Below, piece after piece: positions 1-13,364 of a stretch of 64,000 nucleotides of DNA (position 1 is its first letter; the number at the start of each line of letters is the position of its first letter). The notes beneath the pieces are model-generated. The model did no database searches. It saw nothing but the letters and a program-made list of their open reading frames with translations, and was not told the origin of the DNA. The stretch spans positions 317,167 to 381,166 of the forward strand of contig NW_003314321.1 in NCBI RefSeq assembly GCF_000143415.4, given 5' to 3'. The translations under genes and the position numbers were made by a program. The stretch is from Selaginella moellendorffii (Eukaryota > Plantae > Lycopodiophyta).

Positions 1-3000
1 TACGGATTAAGTGTTTGGCAGACTTCACTTGGACAAGTGGAAGAATGCTTGTCAAATATTGATCCCACAACTTAGCATCAGTAGTTCGTGGCAATTGTAA
101 AGGTAAATCCAACTCTGTTGGTAATATTAGATCATGATTATATAAAAGTTTATATAGTGAAGCACTAATAAAATTTCTGCACCCCTATGACATATGCATA
201 CTGAAGAAACAACAAATAGCTATCCCAATTCAAATGCTAAAAGTTTATATACTTCGCAATCATTCCTTTGAATGTCCGAATGAGCCATTCCACCAAACCA
301 TTTGACTGTGGATAATAAACACTCATGAAAGTATGGCTTATCCCCAACCAAGACATCAAAACATGAAATCCCTTAACTATAAATGCAAAACTATTATCTG
401 AAAGAATCTACTCTAGACAAAAATGCTAGAACACCACTTAATTGAGGAGGAAGTATCTAATAGCAGTTGCAGAGGTGCTAGCAAGAGCACTAACTTCCAC
501 CCAATAAGTCAAATAATTAAAAGCAATAATAACATATTCATTGCCAATAGTCAACCGTGGAAAAGGTCCCATAAGATCAAATGCCACAAACTCAAACGGA
601 TGGGAAATTGCAATTAACTCCAACCATTCTTCTGCAGCACAAAAGGGAGTATTATGAATTGGGCACCAAACACAGTTACACACATATTGGATAACATCAC
701 ATCACATCTCTAGCCAATAGAAAGACTTGTGCAGCTTTTCGGTCACATGACAATGTCCCATATGCCTGCCTAAAATAAGAGAATCATGGTAAGCATGGAG
801 AAACCATGTAATAAAGACGAAAGGCACCACCAGCCATAAATGATCATCAGGATTTGTCCCCACAAAATAAAGAAGGTTATCTTCAAAGCAATATTGAGAA
901 TGTAAATGCTAAATGACCAACCAAGTTCTTTTACTTTAATAATGAAGTAACGCTAGCATGATCAATGTCTAAGAACCATATAGATATATATGAAGTTTCT
1001 CAAAACCCCAGATTGTTGCTAAACACTCCTTTTTTATCATGAAGTAGTTTACCTCCACTGGTTGTAATGTACAATTTATATACATAATGGGATGGCACTG
1101 ACCAAGCACACTCGAACTCTCTTGCACAAACACTCCTCCAAGACCAATATCAAAAGCATCCATACACAAAATGAAAGGTCGAATGTAGTTAGGATATGCC
1201 AAAACTGGAGGAGTCGTCAATAACTCTTTGAGATACATGAACGCCCGCTCACAGTCCGCAAACCAAATGAAAGATGACATTGATGACTTTAGCAACACTC
1301 GCAATGGTGCAATGCAATCAGAAAAATGATCCACAAAAAAACTAAGATACTGCACCTTGCTCAGGAAGCGTTGCATATCGTTCACAGACTTTAGAGTAAA
1401 AAACTTTAGAACAGTTACAAGTTTGTCAAGATCTATTTGCAAACCTTCACAAAAAATATAGTATCCAAGATAAGTCGTGTCCTTACACCCAAACATGCAC
1501 TTCGACTACTTCAGCTTTAAACTAACATTTTGTAGCCGATCCAACACTTTACAAACATCACGGACATATTCCTCCCACGTCCCCTCTGAATGGATCAACA
1601 TATCATCAATAAAGTCAGCAGTCACCTCTGGCATATTACAAAGAACCTCGTCCATCATTTACTAGAAAGTTGTTGGAGCATTGTGTAAACCAAATGGCAT
1701 CTCCAAGAACTCGTACAAACTAAACGGTGTATGAAAGGCAATTTTAGGAATATCTTTTTTGGCCATCAGTACTTGTTAGTACCCAAAAGCTAGATCTAGC
1801 TTGGAGAACTAACAACTTCTCCCTATGCAATCCAAAAGATCAGTAGTGTGAGGAAGAGGGTACACATCTGGGATCGTCACTTTGTTTAACAGAAGATAAT
1901 CAATGCAAAAACAAATACTCCCATCAGGCTTCGTCACAAGATGAGGTTCACATGCCCAAGGACTCTACAACTTTCAAATAACATTCTTTTCCAACATCTC
2001 GTTAACATTTGCACATAAAATTTTGATCTCTTTGGATGACCAACGATGAACAGGAACTTTGATTGGACAAGCATCCCCAATTGAAATCAGATGATGTGTG
2101 GCAATCTTGGCCCTAGATAATAGGTCAAATTCAAAAAGATTGGCATACTCCTTCATGAGCCGGTCAACCATTGCAACACAAAGATTGTCAGAGGGATCAG
2201 AAAAACAGAACAAAATGGAAATACAGGAGGAAGTAGTGGGGAGATAAAAGTAATGGAAGTAGAGGTAAAAGCAAAGGGATGAAGAGGTATGGAAGTGAGA
2301 GGAATGAATGAAATATAAAAAAGTATAAGACAAAGGGAGAAAGTTTTAAAGTCACATTTGGCATGATTGTGTTGCAACCAATCCATACCAAGGATGAGGT
2401 CAAAAGCTTGACTGAACACCATTTGTAATGATTGGAACCTAAATTCAAGATTGCTCATATGCACAACTAAGTCCACCTCATCCAATACACATGCATGTGT
2501 ATTGCCATTGCTATAAAGAATGAAAATTGGCTTTGCCACACGATGCAAGTGTAGACAGCAATATGTGGCAACAAGTTGAGCAATAGAAGATAAACTTGAA
2601 CTTGTATTAACCAACATGGAAAGGATAATAGGAGACCTTTTGTTATAAAAACAAGCTTGGAAAGTAAACACTAAATGAAGTGGTGCCGAGTGAACATCTT
2701 GATGATACTTCCAAAAGAAAGGTGGAGGGGTCGTTGACTTATTCACGCAAGGTCCTTCCGTTACTCGTGCAACTCCTCGTTTCCCAGATGCATCTCGGTG
2801 TACAGATCTTCCATTGCAGCAACACTAACAAGACGTTGTTGATGCCAAGGTCTCCACCTAGGAAATGGAGGACCCAAATCTAGAAAATGCCGACAATGCT
2901 GATAAATGTGACTAACTTCATTACATGCTTAGTAGCAAACACCACGGCCATAACCACATCCTCGCCCTTGTCCTTGGACTCGAGCAACAGTAGCATCAAC

Positions 3001-4084
3001 CTCCATTAGAACAGGACCATCGCCCATAGGAAATAGAGCTGAAGGACATGCAGTGAGAAGTGGAAGAAGCGATATCTCATAATGTTGTGCTAAGTGAAAA
3101 GCATTGTCAAGGGTGGCTGGAGCAAGTGCATGCACAAGTTTGACAAGATTTTAACAAAGTGCTAGCCACAACATTCCTAACTTGATCGACTCTGACATAT
3201 TTGGTTTCATATGAAGCAATAGGCTTTAGAAACAAATGCCAAATTGCATCACCAACTCAAATAGCCTTTAACGAAGACAATGCAATTGTTGAAAGGAATC
3301 ATCACAATTGTCGGCATATTTGAATGCGTGTTTAAAGACGTCCGGAAGAACACTCCAATCTTTACAAGTGGTTACACTTAAACTATTGTACCATTACAAT
3401 GCCGTCCCTTGGAGATATATGGGAAACTCAAGCAAACATCAAGCATCATCTTAAAATTGATATGTGGTAATCATTGTGAAGTGATTATCCCAATGGTACA
3501 CATCATCCTTAGGATTCCCACGAAAACACTCTAGCCAAACGCAAGAATTGGCACCAAGAGTAGGAAGAGTTATATTATGTGCCATGAATGTTGCTATTAA
3601 CTGAGTTTGGTTGTTCAATTGCAAGTGCATAGCATCAAGCAATTGTACCAACTGCTGCTCCAAAGTTAAAGGAGGAGGAGATTGTTACTCTACCATGAAG
3701 ATGAATGAAAAGAAAAGAGTAAAAGAAATGAAATGAAAAAAACTAGAAGGAAAGGGAGATTTAAACAATGCAAAAGTTAAATGTAAACCAAAATCCTGAA
3801 TGGAAATAACAAAAGAAAGGAAATGAAAAAAGTTAGATTTAGACAATGCAAAACCTAAATCTAAACCAAAATCCAAAATCCAAGCACTCCTTAGGGAAAA
3901 TCAAAAGTACCCCTCATTTCCACCAATATGAGTGCATGGAATATAAAAAAGGATAAATTAGCCCAAAAACCTTATCTTATATACAGGAGTGAGTGGTTTG
4001 GATTGAAACTAATCCAACGGCTACCAAAACCCTATTACATTAATATTAATATACGGCATTGTAGCCATACATTTGGACCTCACA
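1..4084 (-). mobile_element. Degenerate Ty3/gypsy LTR retrotransposon (5' LTR, gag, PR, RT, RNase H, integrase), running off the left edge of the window; same family as 22799-27813
   Basis: Fragmented ORFs align with the gag-pol at 23210-27606 (QLLDAMHLQLNNQTQL, LGMDWL, KDTTYLGY, PVLAYP, FDLMGPFP). Many stops and frameshifts. Internal deletion of roughly 340 bp near 905-915, between RNase H and integrase. Confidence 0.95.
3927..4084 (-). repeat. 5' LTR of the degenerate gypsy copy, followed by a PBS at about 3907-3925
   Basis: Reverse complement begins TGTGAGGTCCAAATGTATGGCTAC and ends GCACTCATA, matching the LTR at 22799. It is followed by TGGTGGAAATGAGGGGTAC. Confidence 0.9.
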
Positions 4085-4556
4085 ATATATATTTTTTAGA
4101 AACCAACACAATAAAAATAATATCAATAAAAGGTTTAGAAAATAAATTAAAAGTCCTAATTTCACTTTATAATCAACATAATTTTAAATAACTTTAAATA
4201 TTTTTTACTATAATTTTAAAATATACAAAAATAAATAATTTCTAAGTATAAATGCTACCCAAGATTTCCATCTCAGTTGAATATACATTTATAAGTATAA
4301 GTTTCAGCTGGAAATTTTTTTTAAATATGTATATAATATGGTGTAAATATTAAGTATTTATAAATTCTTCAATTACTCTTTGAAATTTATGTTTTTCATG
4401 TAGAAAATAACTAAATATGAATGTAAATTATATACTGCTATACCATTGTAATCTAGATTTACTATTTATTTTATTCATATAAATATAGTAAACTGTTAAA
4501 GTATTTTTAATACAGTTTGATGGGTGGGGAGTGGAGGCTCTCGGGCAGCTGGGGTT

Positions 4557-4855
4557 GGTGTGTATTGTATTTGACTATGTTAGTAGAAACGTGCTGATTT
4601 AACACTTCCAAGTGCTTCGTTTTATTCTTTCTTCTTTTCACATAGCAATAATTCAAGTAGACATTGTGATTGTTTCAAAAAAAGCTTCTGGTGTGTATTG
4701 TATTTTACTATATTAGTAGAAATGTGCTGATTTAACACTTCCAAACGAGGTCTGTGCTTCGTTTTTTTCTTTCTTCTTTTCACATAGCATTGTTTCAAAA
4801 GCTTCTGGTGTATGTTAGTATAAATCTGCTGATTTAACACTTCAAACGGAGGTAT
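4557..4855. repeat. Tandem repeat of about 120-130 bp (about 2.5 diverged copies) immediately upstream of GH3
   Basis: Recurring TGGTGTGTATTGTATTT...TGCTGATTTAACACTTC...TTTTCACATAGCA...TTGTTTCAAAA. Confidence 0.85.
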
Positions 4856-4914
4856 ATTTGACTCTTCTTTTATTTCTTACCTCTGGTGCCCCATCTCCTT
4901 TCCGGATTTAGGCG

Positions 4915-6822
4915 ATGGAGAACGAGCAGCTCCTGCTTGAGAAGCTCGAGAGCTCGAGCTGGAGTCCCGGTGAGGCTCAGGATAAAGTTCTGACCGAGAT
5001 CCTGGGGAAGAATGCCACCACAGTCTACTTCAACAGGCATGGATTGCGAGCAGCAACCAAGGAGGTGTTTCGGCAGAGAGCGCCGGTCATTGAGTACGAA
5101 GACATCAAGGATGAGATCAATCGAATTGCCGACGGCGAGGCCTCTACTTTGCTCTGTGCGAATCCTATCACGGATATGTTCACGAGGTAAGTTTCTCTCT
5201 AGGCCTAGTTTTTTCGATTTTGCAAACATCTTTTGGCAGCTCTGGGACCTCCGGCGGGGCTCACAAGCTGTTCCCGAAAGCGGAGGGACACTATGCTGTG
5301 TCGAATTACTTCTTTGATCTTGCCACCGCTCTGCTCAACAGGTATTCGTCGTCATTTTCCTCCAAAGCTTATGATTGTTTGTTCCTTCGAATCTGTAGGG
5401 ACTTGCCTGGACTGAGGACCGGCAAGGCTTTGTACTTCTTATACGTGAGAAGTGGCCGCAAGACTCCTGGAGGGCTTCCAGCTTATCCAGCACTGACGGG
5501 ATACTACAACAGTCTTGAGTTCCGCAACCGGCCTTTCGATCCAAGCAACGATTATACAAGCCCCATGGAGGTGATACTTTGCACGGATAGCGTGCAAGCC
5601 TCCTACTGCCACTTGCTGTGTGGTTTGATCCACGCCCGAGACGTGACGAAGCTGGGCTGCTTCTTTGCGTCCGCGCTCGTGAGGTCGATAAGGTGCCTCG
5701 AAGCCTGGTGGCAGGAGCTGTCCAGGGACATACGAACAGGAACTTTGTCCGAGAGAGTTGTGGATCCGGCTTGCAGAGAAGCCGTGGAGAAGATCTTAAG
5801 GCCGGATCCAGAGCTTGCGAACGTGATCGACGAGGCGTGCTCGAGTGGAAGCTTGAAAGGAATCGTCCGGAAGCTGTGGCCCAGTGCCAAAGCTATCGAC
5901 ACAGTCGTCACCGGTGCTATGGAGCAGTATGTTGGAGAAGTCGACTATCTCACCGGCGGCCTGCCAATAGCATCGATGATCTACGCGTCCTCGGAGTCTT
6001 TCTTTGGAGTGAATCTCAAGCCGCTTTGCGAGCCGTCCCAGATCTCCTACATGTTTCTGCCCGAGACCTCCTACTACGAGTTTCTGCCGGTGGCTCGATC
6101 GGAGGAGAAAGTTTCTCGTAAAGAGCCCGTGGAACTCGTTGATGTGGAACAAGGCCACGAGTACGAGCTTGTGATCACGACAAACGCTGGTAAAGCTTCC
6201 AGTTCATTGTCCTGGCTTGTGTCTTTATCTTTTCTGGCTCTTTCCATCAGGATTGTACAGATATCGCATGGGTGACGTTCTTAGAGTCGAAGGCTTCCAC
6301 AACAAAGCTCCGCTCTTCAGCTTCGTCTGCCGGAGGAACGTTCTACTTAGCATCGACTCGGACAAAACGGACGAGAAGGAGCTCCAGACCGCAGTCATGA
6401 ACGCGTTTGCGGCATTGCGAAACGGCGTCACGAGCAAGGAGGGGGAAGCAATAAGATTGACGGACTACACCAGCTATGCCGACCTCTCCTCCAATCCTCC
6501 GCACTACGTGATTTACTGGGAGCTGTCCAGCGAGCTTCACTTGGAACCGGAAAAGGCAGGAGAGTGCTGCTACAAGATGGAGGAATCACTGAGCGTGGTG
6601 TATCACAGGGGGAGGATGGAGAGATCCATTGGAGCTCTGGAGCTGAGGCTTGTGACACCAGGGACTTTCAATCGAATCGCTGATGATGCCGCATCCAGGG
6701 GTGGAAGTGTTGCTCAATTCAAGCTGCCAAGGTGTGTCAAGAAAAATGCGACCAGGATGCTGGAAATCGTGGAGAGTGGTGTATACCAGCAGTACTTCAG
6801 TCCAAGAGCACCGAAGTATTAA
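4915..6822 (+). CDS. GH3: GH3 family acyl-acid amido synthetase; 4 exons (about 4915-5187, 5240-5341, 5399-6190, 6251-6822)
   Basis: GH3 motifs SSGTSGG, YASSE and YRYRMGD, plus C-terminal QFKLPRC. GT-AG introns join the ORF-track fragments. Confidence 0.95.
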
Positions 6823-6944
6823 TATTATTTTGATTGCTTGATCGTAAAAACTCTAAAATTACAGCAAATTTTATTATGGAAACTGCATGGTAAATTTAAT
6901 TATGGAAACTACTATGGAAACTGCATGGCACACAATAGTTGACA

Positions 6945-7044
6945 NNNNNNNNNNNNNNNNNNNNNNNNNNNNNNNNNNNNNNNNNNNNNNNNNNNNNNNN
7001 NNNNNNNNNNNNNNNNNNNNNNNNNNNNNNNNNNNNNNNNNNNN
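6945..7044. other. Assembly gap (100 N)
   Basis: Run of exactly 100 N next to a (TA)n tract. Confidence 1.
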
Positions 7045-7162
<118 letters not shown>

Positions 7163-8027
7163 ATATAACTTTTCTTTACATTACAATTAAAGGAGTTTTA
7201 ATTAATGGTAAAACATTAAGAACTAGAGATAAAGAGAAAATAAAAACATTCATTTATTTAAAATAAAAAATAAATTAAATATAAAATATATCAGTAATAA
7301 AACAAAGTTATGTATATGAACCTTTACTATTAATGTATTACCATCAAAAGATTCAATTTAACCTTTTTTAACTAAATGTAATTATTTCTTCCTTTCAGAG
7401 TTTCTTTTGTTAAAAAACTAAGGTTAACTAGGGGAGGTGGGATAATTTATATAATATAAATAAAAACAAAATTATTGAGGTCATATCTTATATTAAACAA
7501 ACTTAGAATGTATACAACTAAATGCATTTATCAATTAAATATTTTATATTTGTTACATTAATTAATTTAATACACTAACTAATTAAGTTTTATACCACTT
7601 CAATTAAAATTTATATTTATCAACACTGCTCCTTAGTTACTTTTCAATATAAAGGTGATTTTTCTGATCAGTTTCTTATGAACACTTGAAATAGTCAAAG
7701 ATTATGCTTCAATTAAGGAGTTGAAGTTGTATTTATGGTCTTTCTTTGGGAATATATTATATCAATTAATTTAATATAACATATTTTTAAATAATAGTTT
7801 TTATTAATAAAGTTTATTTTTAAATTAATATTTATATAAATTTATTTCTCTTCAATCATATATAAATGATAAATAAAATTTATTATATTGACAAAAGTAT
7901 AGAAAATTTAACTTCTAATAACACTTTAGCTATTTATCAATTATAACAATATTAAATTTATGGTAAACTGTGTAAAAAAATTATAATATGATATTTTAAA
8001 CTTGCATAAAGATTTACATCATATACT

Positions 8028-8200
8028 TTAAATGCAAATAACAGTTGAAAAAGCACAAATAAACATGTTATTTGGATGTAAAGTAATATAGTCATTAATG
8101 TTAAGCCCACAATCATCACAAAAGTCCATCCAATCATTGCTTATCATAAATTCCTTCCGGCCACTCCATTGAAGTTTAAATGTCTCTCCTATAAAAGCAA
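8028..8200 (-). pseudogene. Possible decayed B3 (REM-like) DNA-binding domain fragment
   Basis: FKLQWSGRKEFMISNDWMDFCDDCGLNINDYITL resembles the B3 GWxxFxxdngLxxGDxlxF motif. AT-rich context and no complete ORF. Confidence 0.3.
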
Positions 8201-8735
8201 AAAGAATCATTAATAAAACAGTTAATACTCACTTAAAATTATATATCACTATCACCACAAGTCACATCCACTATATGTTTTGTATATCCAAGCATTGTAA
8301 GCCCCAACTTTTTTTTATACTCTACACAAAAAAAAAGAGGCATTAGAATATAAATTGCAAAAATATATACAAACTTACTAGTATGAACTGATATGAACAA
8401 AGGTGCATGGGCGAAAGTTTCACCACCAATGCATTGTCACCAAGAAACTGAGCAAATTGCTCAGCTAAATGCTTGTGCCTTCCACAACCACGTCCATCCC
8501 AAGACTTCATAACTAGAAAAGAAAAAGTTATAAAGGTAATCAACACAAATTAAATGTACTTTTGCCCTTGAAATGCAAGCTGAATGTAGAATATCCCACT
8601 TGCGACGCTCTTTCACTGCCTGCTAGCTGCTACGTGCTGGGCGATCAGTGCTGCGCTCGCTGCTGCCAAAGAAATGCTGAAATGCTCGCGCCCTCAATCA
8701 CACAGCTGCCTGCAATCGCTCTTTGCACCCTCCCC

Positions 8736-10553
8736 GCAAGAATCAATCACTAAACCCAAACAAGAGCGCCAATGGAACTTGTGAAATGGGTGAAGCTTCT
8801 TGTACACGAATGAATTGTCACTCACTCTCCAAACCCTGAAGCCAAAAACAAAGATTTTTCTTGTGGTACGTCACCCTATTTTGCTTGGTTTTGTCGTTCC
8901 CAGAAAGAGGAATCGGAGAGAATTGCTGGAATAAGCGTCCAGTATGCTCCCGTGAGCGCAGAGCCGATAAATAACGAGGATATCACTGGAATTTAGCCTC
9001 TACTGGGTAAGCAAAAGAGTTTCCTTGTAGGCTGTTGCTCTTGTGGCTCCAGAGTATGGCATCAGAAAAAGCGTTCGGCATAGTTCTCCTGGAGATCATC
9101 ACTGGCCGCAGAGTGATTGCCTGGTGGAATGGGTGAGTAATCACTATGACACGGTAGAACTTTTACCTCCTCTTTTTCACCAGGCTCGTCCAAAGCTTGA
9201 AATATGAGACGCGAAGTCACTGCTGGACCCCGAGGCTTGGGACTGACGTTGACGAATACCAAATTCAGCTCATGATTCATGCTGCCTGCAAGACGACCCG
9301 TCGCGAAGACTGAGCATCGTTCAGGTCAGTAAAAACATGAAAATTCCATAGCTCACCAGCTTTTGCAGATTTTGCGTGCTCTTATCAGCGAAAACAAAGA
9401 AGTAAAAAGCTAGAAATCACAAGCTGCTCGGCAAGGTTTAGGACCCTCTTTTTGTTTAATGTCTGGTCTGGAACTTAGCTTTTAAACCTCGACAAACTTT
9501 CAAGAAGATCGCAAGTTCCAGCCTCGTCCTTGACATGTTCTTGAGACGGGCGCAGTAAAAAAGAGGTCTGTATTCCTCTTGGGGGCATTTCGCACTCTTT
9601 TTTGCCTTGGCAACAACATCAGGAAGAAGCCCTTTCATGACAAATCCTACATTGTGGACATAGTCCCCTGCCTCCTGTTTGGTCACAGAGATATATAGAA
9701 GAGCACAAAAAGAACGATCCGCGGCTCGCTAGTGCAAACGAGGCAGCTCCAACGATCCCCAGCACTGCGATTCCAGATCCGAAGTCCGGTGTGGGTCACC
9801 AAATGCAGGTTCTTCCGGCCTAAAATTGAGCTCTAGATAGCAAGAACCACTTTTCTAAGCAAAGAACAAAGAATGGATTCCAGCCTCGCCGCCACAGTGC
9901 GCTCGATCGAGCTCTAGCCCGGGTATTGCACGGCGAAAACTGGTGTTTGCTCATTTCTTCTCCGATTACGATAAATGTTTTTAGTATCTTGTTAAGCCAT
10001 AAGATCTCATAAGGTTTGCGTGATTCGAGATCCTGAAACTCCTTAGTCAGCTCCTTTTCAAGAATGAGCCTTGACAGCATCCAGTTTCCAACAGAGAACT
10101 CTATCACCATACAAAATCCTTGCCATCCCAGAGATCACCCTCGTGTAACGCAGACAATCTTGCTCGTCTGTGAGCTTTTTGAAGGTAGTAAACGTGTAAG
10201 TTACCTGGGAACGAGAACGTAAAAGATAAAAGAGAGGCAACAGTTTCGAATTAATGCTGTAGCAACGAAGGAACAAAAAAGCTTTCCGAACCTGTTATCG
10301 TGGGTATAACCATAATTCGACTCTTCCCTACTGGTTTGACTCTAGATTCCTCGGTATGTATTGTTTTTAGAGCCAATGACTCAGCTTCAAGCATTCACTC
10401 CAGTCTTACCCCAGCAGGATTTGAAAGCAATGCTCAGGGTGAGAAATGCACAAGAAATTAGACTTGGCAGAGATCGAGGAAGCAACTCACAGCTTCTCAC
10501 AAGCAAACTTTTTGTCTGGAGGAGGATTTAGCCATGTGTTCAAAGGCATACTA
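8736..10553. pseudogene. Scrambled mosaic duplication of neighbouring genes (nodulin 3' end, kinase, DnaJ-like gene, inverted TFIIIC 5' part, plus a segment not found in the window)
   Basis: 8736-8988 matches 10554-11100. 9000-9774 matches 14908-15911. 9775-9945 matches the reverse complement of 16293-16529. 10258-10553 matches about 14020-14370. All pieces carry many small deletions and retained intron sequence. Confidence 0.9.
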
Positions 10554-10657
10554 GCAAGAATCAATCACTAAACCCACAATCAAGAGCGCGGGATGGAATC
10601 TGATAGAGCTTCTTGTAGCAAAAACGAAGATTTTTCTTGTGACGTACTGGGCCACTT

Positions 10658-13000
10658 CTATTTTACTTGGTTTTTGTGGTAGGCTCGTTTTGTTCCCAGA
10701 AAGAGGAGGAAGCTGGCGGCGGCTCCAACCAAGCTAACGAGAGAGAGTGCTACCAAGCCAAAGCCAAAGCATTTGGAGCCATAACAATTGTTAAGATCGT
10801 CACCGCCGGCTGGCACACTGGCTCCACCACTTTTCTGACGATACAATGCGGCTTCCTCGTCGTAGAGGGATCCCATCACTTTGGCTGACAGGATGTATGA
10901 TCCAAGAGGCGGACCAAGCCTGGGTAACAAAGCGTGTAAGAGAGAGAGAGTTTCCATAGGGACTTACGAGACGAGCTTGTAGAGGACTGTGAAGTTCTGG
11001 ACGCCAAACACCTCGGATAGAATTGCTGGAATAAGCGTCCAGTATGCTCCATATGAAAGTCCCGTGAGCGCAGAGCCGATAAATAACGAGGATATCACTG
11101 CAAAACCCAAAAGAGTTGTCTGTTTAGATAAACGAGCTCAGTCTGAACTTACATCCAGTAGCAAGAAGCAAACAACACAGAGCCATGATCATCTGATCAA
11201 TGAGAAGGCACAGAGTTCGCGGATAGCCACGCCGCATCAAAAGATCCGACCCATACCTGCAAAGACATAGCATGAAGAGTAGTTTTTTATGAGGAAATAA
11301 AGTACCCCGATCCGAGTCGACCAAAACAACTCCAGACGCTGATCAGACCAACATAAATATCAGTTCCTCCAGCTCTAAGTGACTTTCCTATCTGCGAAAC
11401 AAAGAACTAATAATGAATGAAGAGCTCAAGAAACAGAAAATGACCTGAGCAAGGTTGTTGATTATTGCCACACCAGTTCCTGCTCCAATCGTCACGACAA
11501 GGAAAACCAACCTTGTTGGAGCAGACTTCGTTCGTTAAGTTGAAGTTTTGATATGAACTGTTTGTTTACCAGAAATTGAAGTCCGCGAGAGCGTCTTTGA
11601 GTGTAGTGTGACCAGTAGAAGCTGCGGCTGGGGTGGCAATCTGGCTGTGTGTCAAAACTTGAGAAGGGTCGGCCCCCGTTTTTAAGAGATTTAATCTTTC
11701 TTCTTCAGCGTCTTGAAGATCATATGCCTTTGTTTCTAGCTTTGGAAGATCAATGCCTTCAGAAGACGGCGGGAAAAACTTCCTAGGAAATCGAATCAGC
11801 TGTGGTATCGCAATTCAATGGAGTCAGATTCGTAGGTGATACACCGATGACTTAACTGGGATAGTGTACATTATTAGCATGATTGATAGCATGATAGTAA
11901 TTGTCATAAGTTGTAAGAGCTTGCTTTCTTTAAAATATTCCTGCGGTAGTGGAATTTTATTTTTTTTTCTTGAAGAGTAAAGTTTTGTACCTTTGAAGCC
12001 AATGAAACCATCATAAAAATTCCAAGCACGAGAACGGTGATCTGCAGAACATGACTTAACACAAAACTATCACATGGGATTGACTTACAAATGCCATCTT
12101 GAAACGAGGAGGAGCCGATGGATCTTCATCCTCTGTGTGATCGAAAGGCCTGACAAAAAACGCCAGCAAAACATAGGCCAGTGTAGGAACCAGTGACATA
12201 AGCAGTAAGAACTGATTCACATTTGGCTCAAGAAACACCTCGTAAATCTAGAAACACCAATAAGAGATTACTTTTTCGAAATGTATCATGGCTTTCTTAC
12301 CATGACAAATATCGCCCCGCTAAGACCAAGCTGTGCTTTCAATATCCCCATCGCCGTCCCTCTTTGCTCTTCGTAGTTCTGCAAGCTAAGAGAGCTCGAT
12401 AAGATCATAAGAAACACCATGTTGTGTACCTTGTCATCATGCAGGCTGTGTCAATCCAGTTATCTCCTCCATTCCCCACGGCAGAATACATGCACAACTT
12501 TCTTTCCAGGGAAACAAGAAACTCATCAGGACAAATTTTAAAAGTACGAAACACGCAAAACATACCAGCCAGAACGAAGGGGCAACCTTGCCTGCTACAG
12601 TCATCCAAACCTACAAAATCCAGGAAATTGAGAAACGTGAAAGGATGGAGAACAGTTAGTGACCATTGTGTAGCCAAAGAAATGCAAGGCAGCTCCAATT
12701 CCTATCGTCACCCAGGGAGGATACATATTGTAGAAAAGTCCGGAAAGAACTCCCACAACTCCTCCCAGATCTTTGGCAGCACCGATATCATCGACATCTT
12801 CCTGTGAAAAATGTAACCTTTGCTTCATATGCTCGCTGTAAACAGCATACGTGTATGTCAATCCGGCACAGCCCTGTATATGCAGACAAAATATAACACA
12901 AAATAAGAGCTTAACTTCTAGTAAGATCGATTACCATCATTATCATCGCTGCCGAGAGGCCTAGCCATCGATCTAGACGAGGAACACAGAAAATCGTCAT
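10658..13000 (-). CDS. Nodulin-like / major facilitator superfamily transporter (NFD4-like family), multi-exon
   Basis: RWLGLSAAM, TYTYAVYSEHMK, AKDLGGVVGVLSG, GDNWIDTACM, RGTAMGILKAQLGLSGAIF, LYDEEA and CYGSKCF motifs. The start may extend to an upstream exon. Confidence 0.9.
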
Positions 13001-13364
13001 TCGGTTCTCTAGAGGGAGTTTCTGCGAGTACTCAACCAAAAAATTAGGAATGAGATGAAAGAAATCTTACCGTAGAGCTGGAAGAACATCAGATCTTTGA
13101 TCTGGAGCAGCGCATTGCTGCTAGCGTGCCAAGGTACCGTCAGACCTTAGGGCCGTTGCCGTCGCATTCTCGCCGGCGCCGACGAGGGCTTCAAAGCCTT
13201 CCAAAATTTTCCACGCATACGTGGCTCCCGTACTTATCTTGAAAAGCCTGGAGTGTTTAAACAAATATCCAGGGATCTTTCGCATATCCATCTTCGATTT
13301 TTGCACAATCCGTTGTCTATGATTTAAAAGCTGTAGAGAAAACAAAGAACGAAAGTAAGTGACA

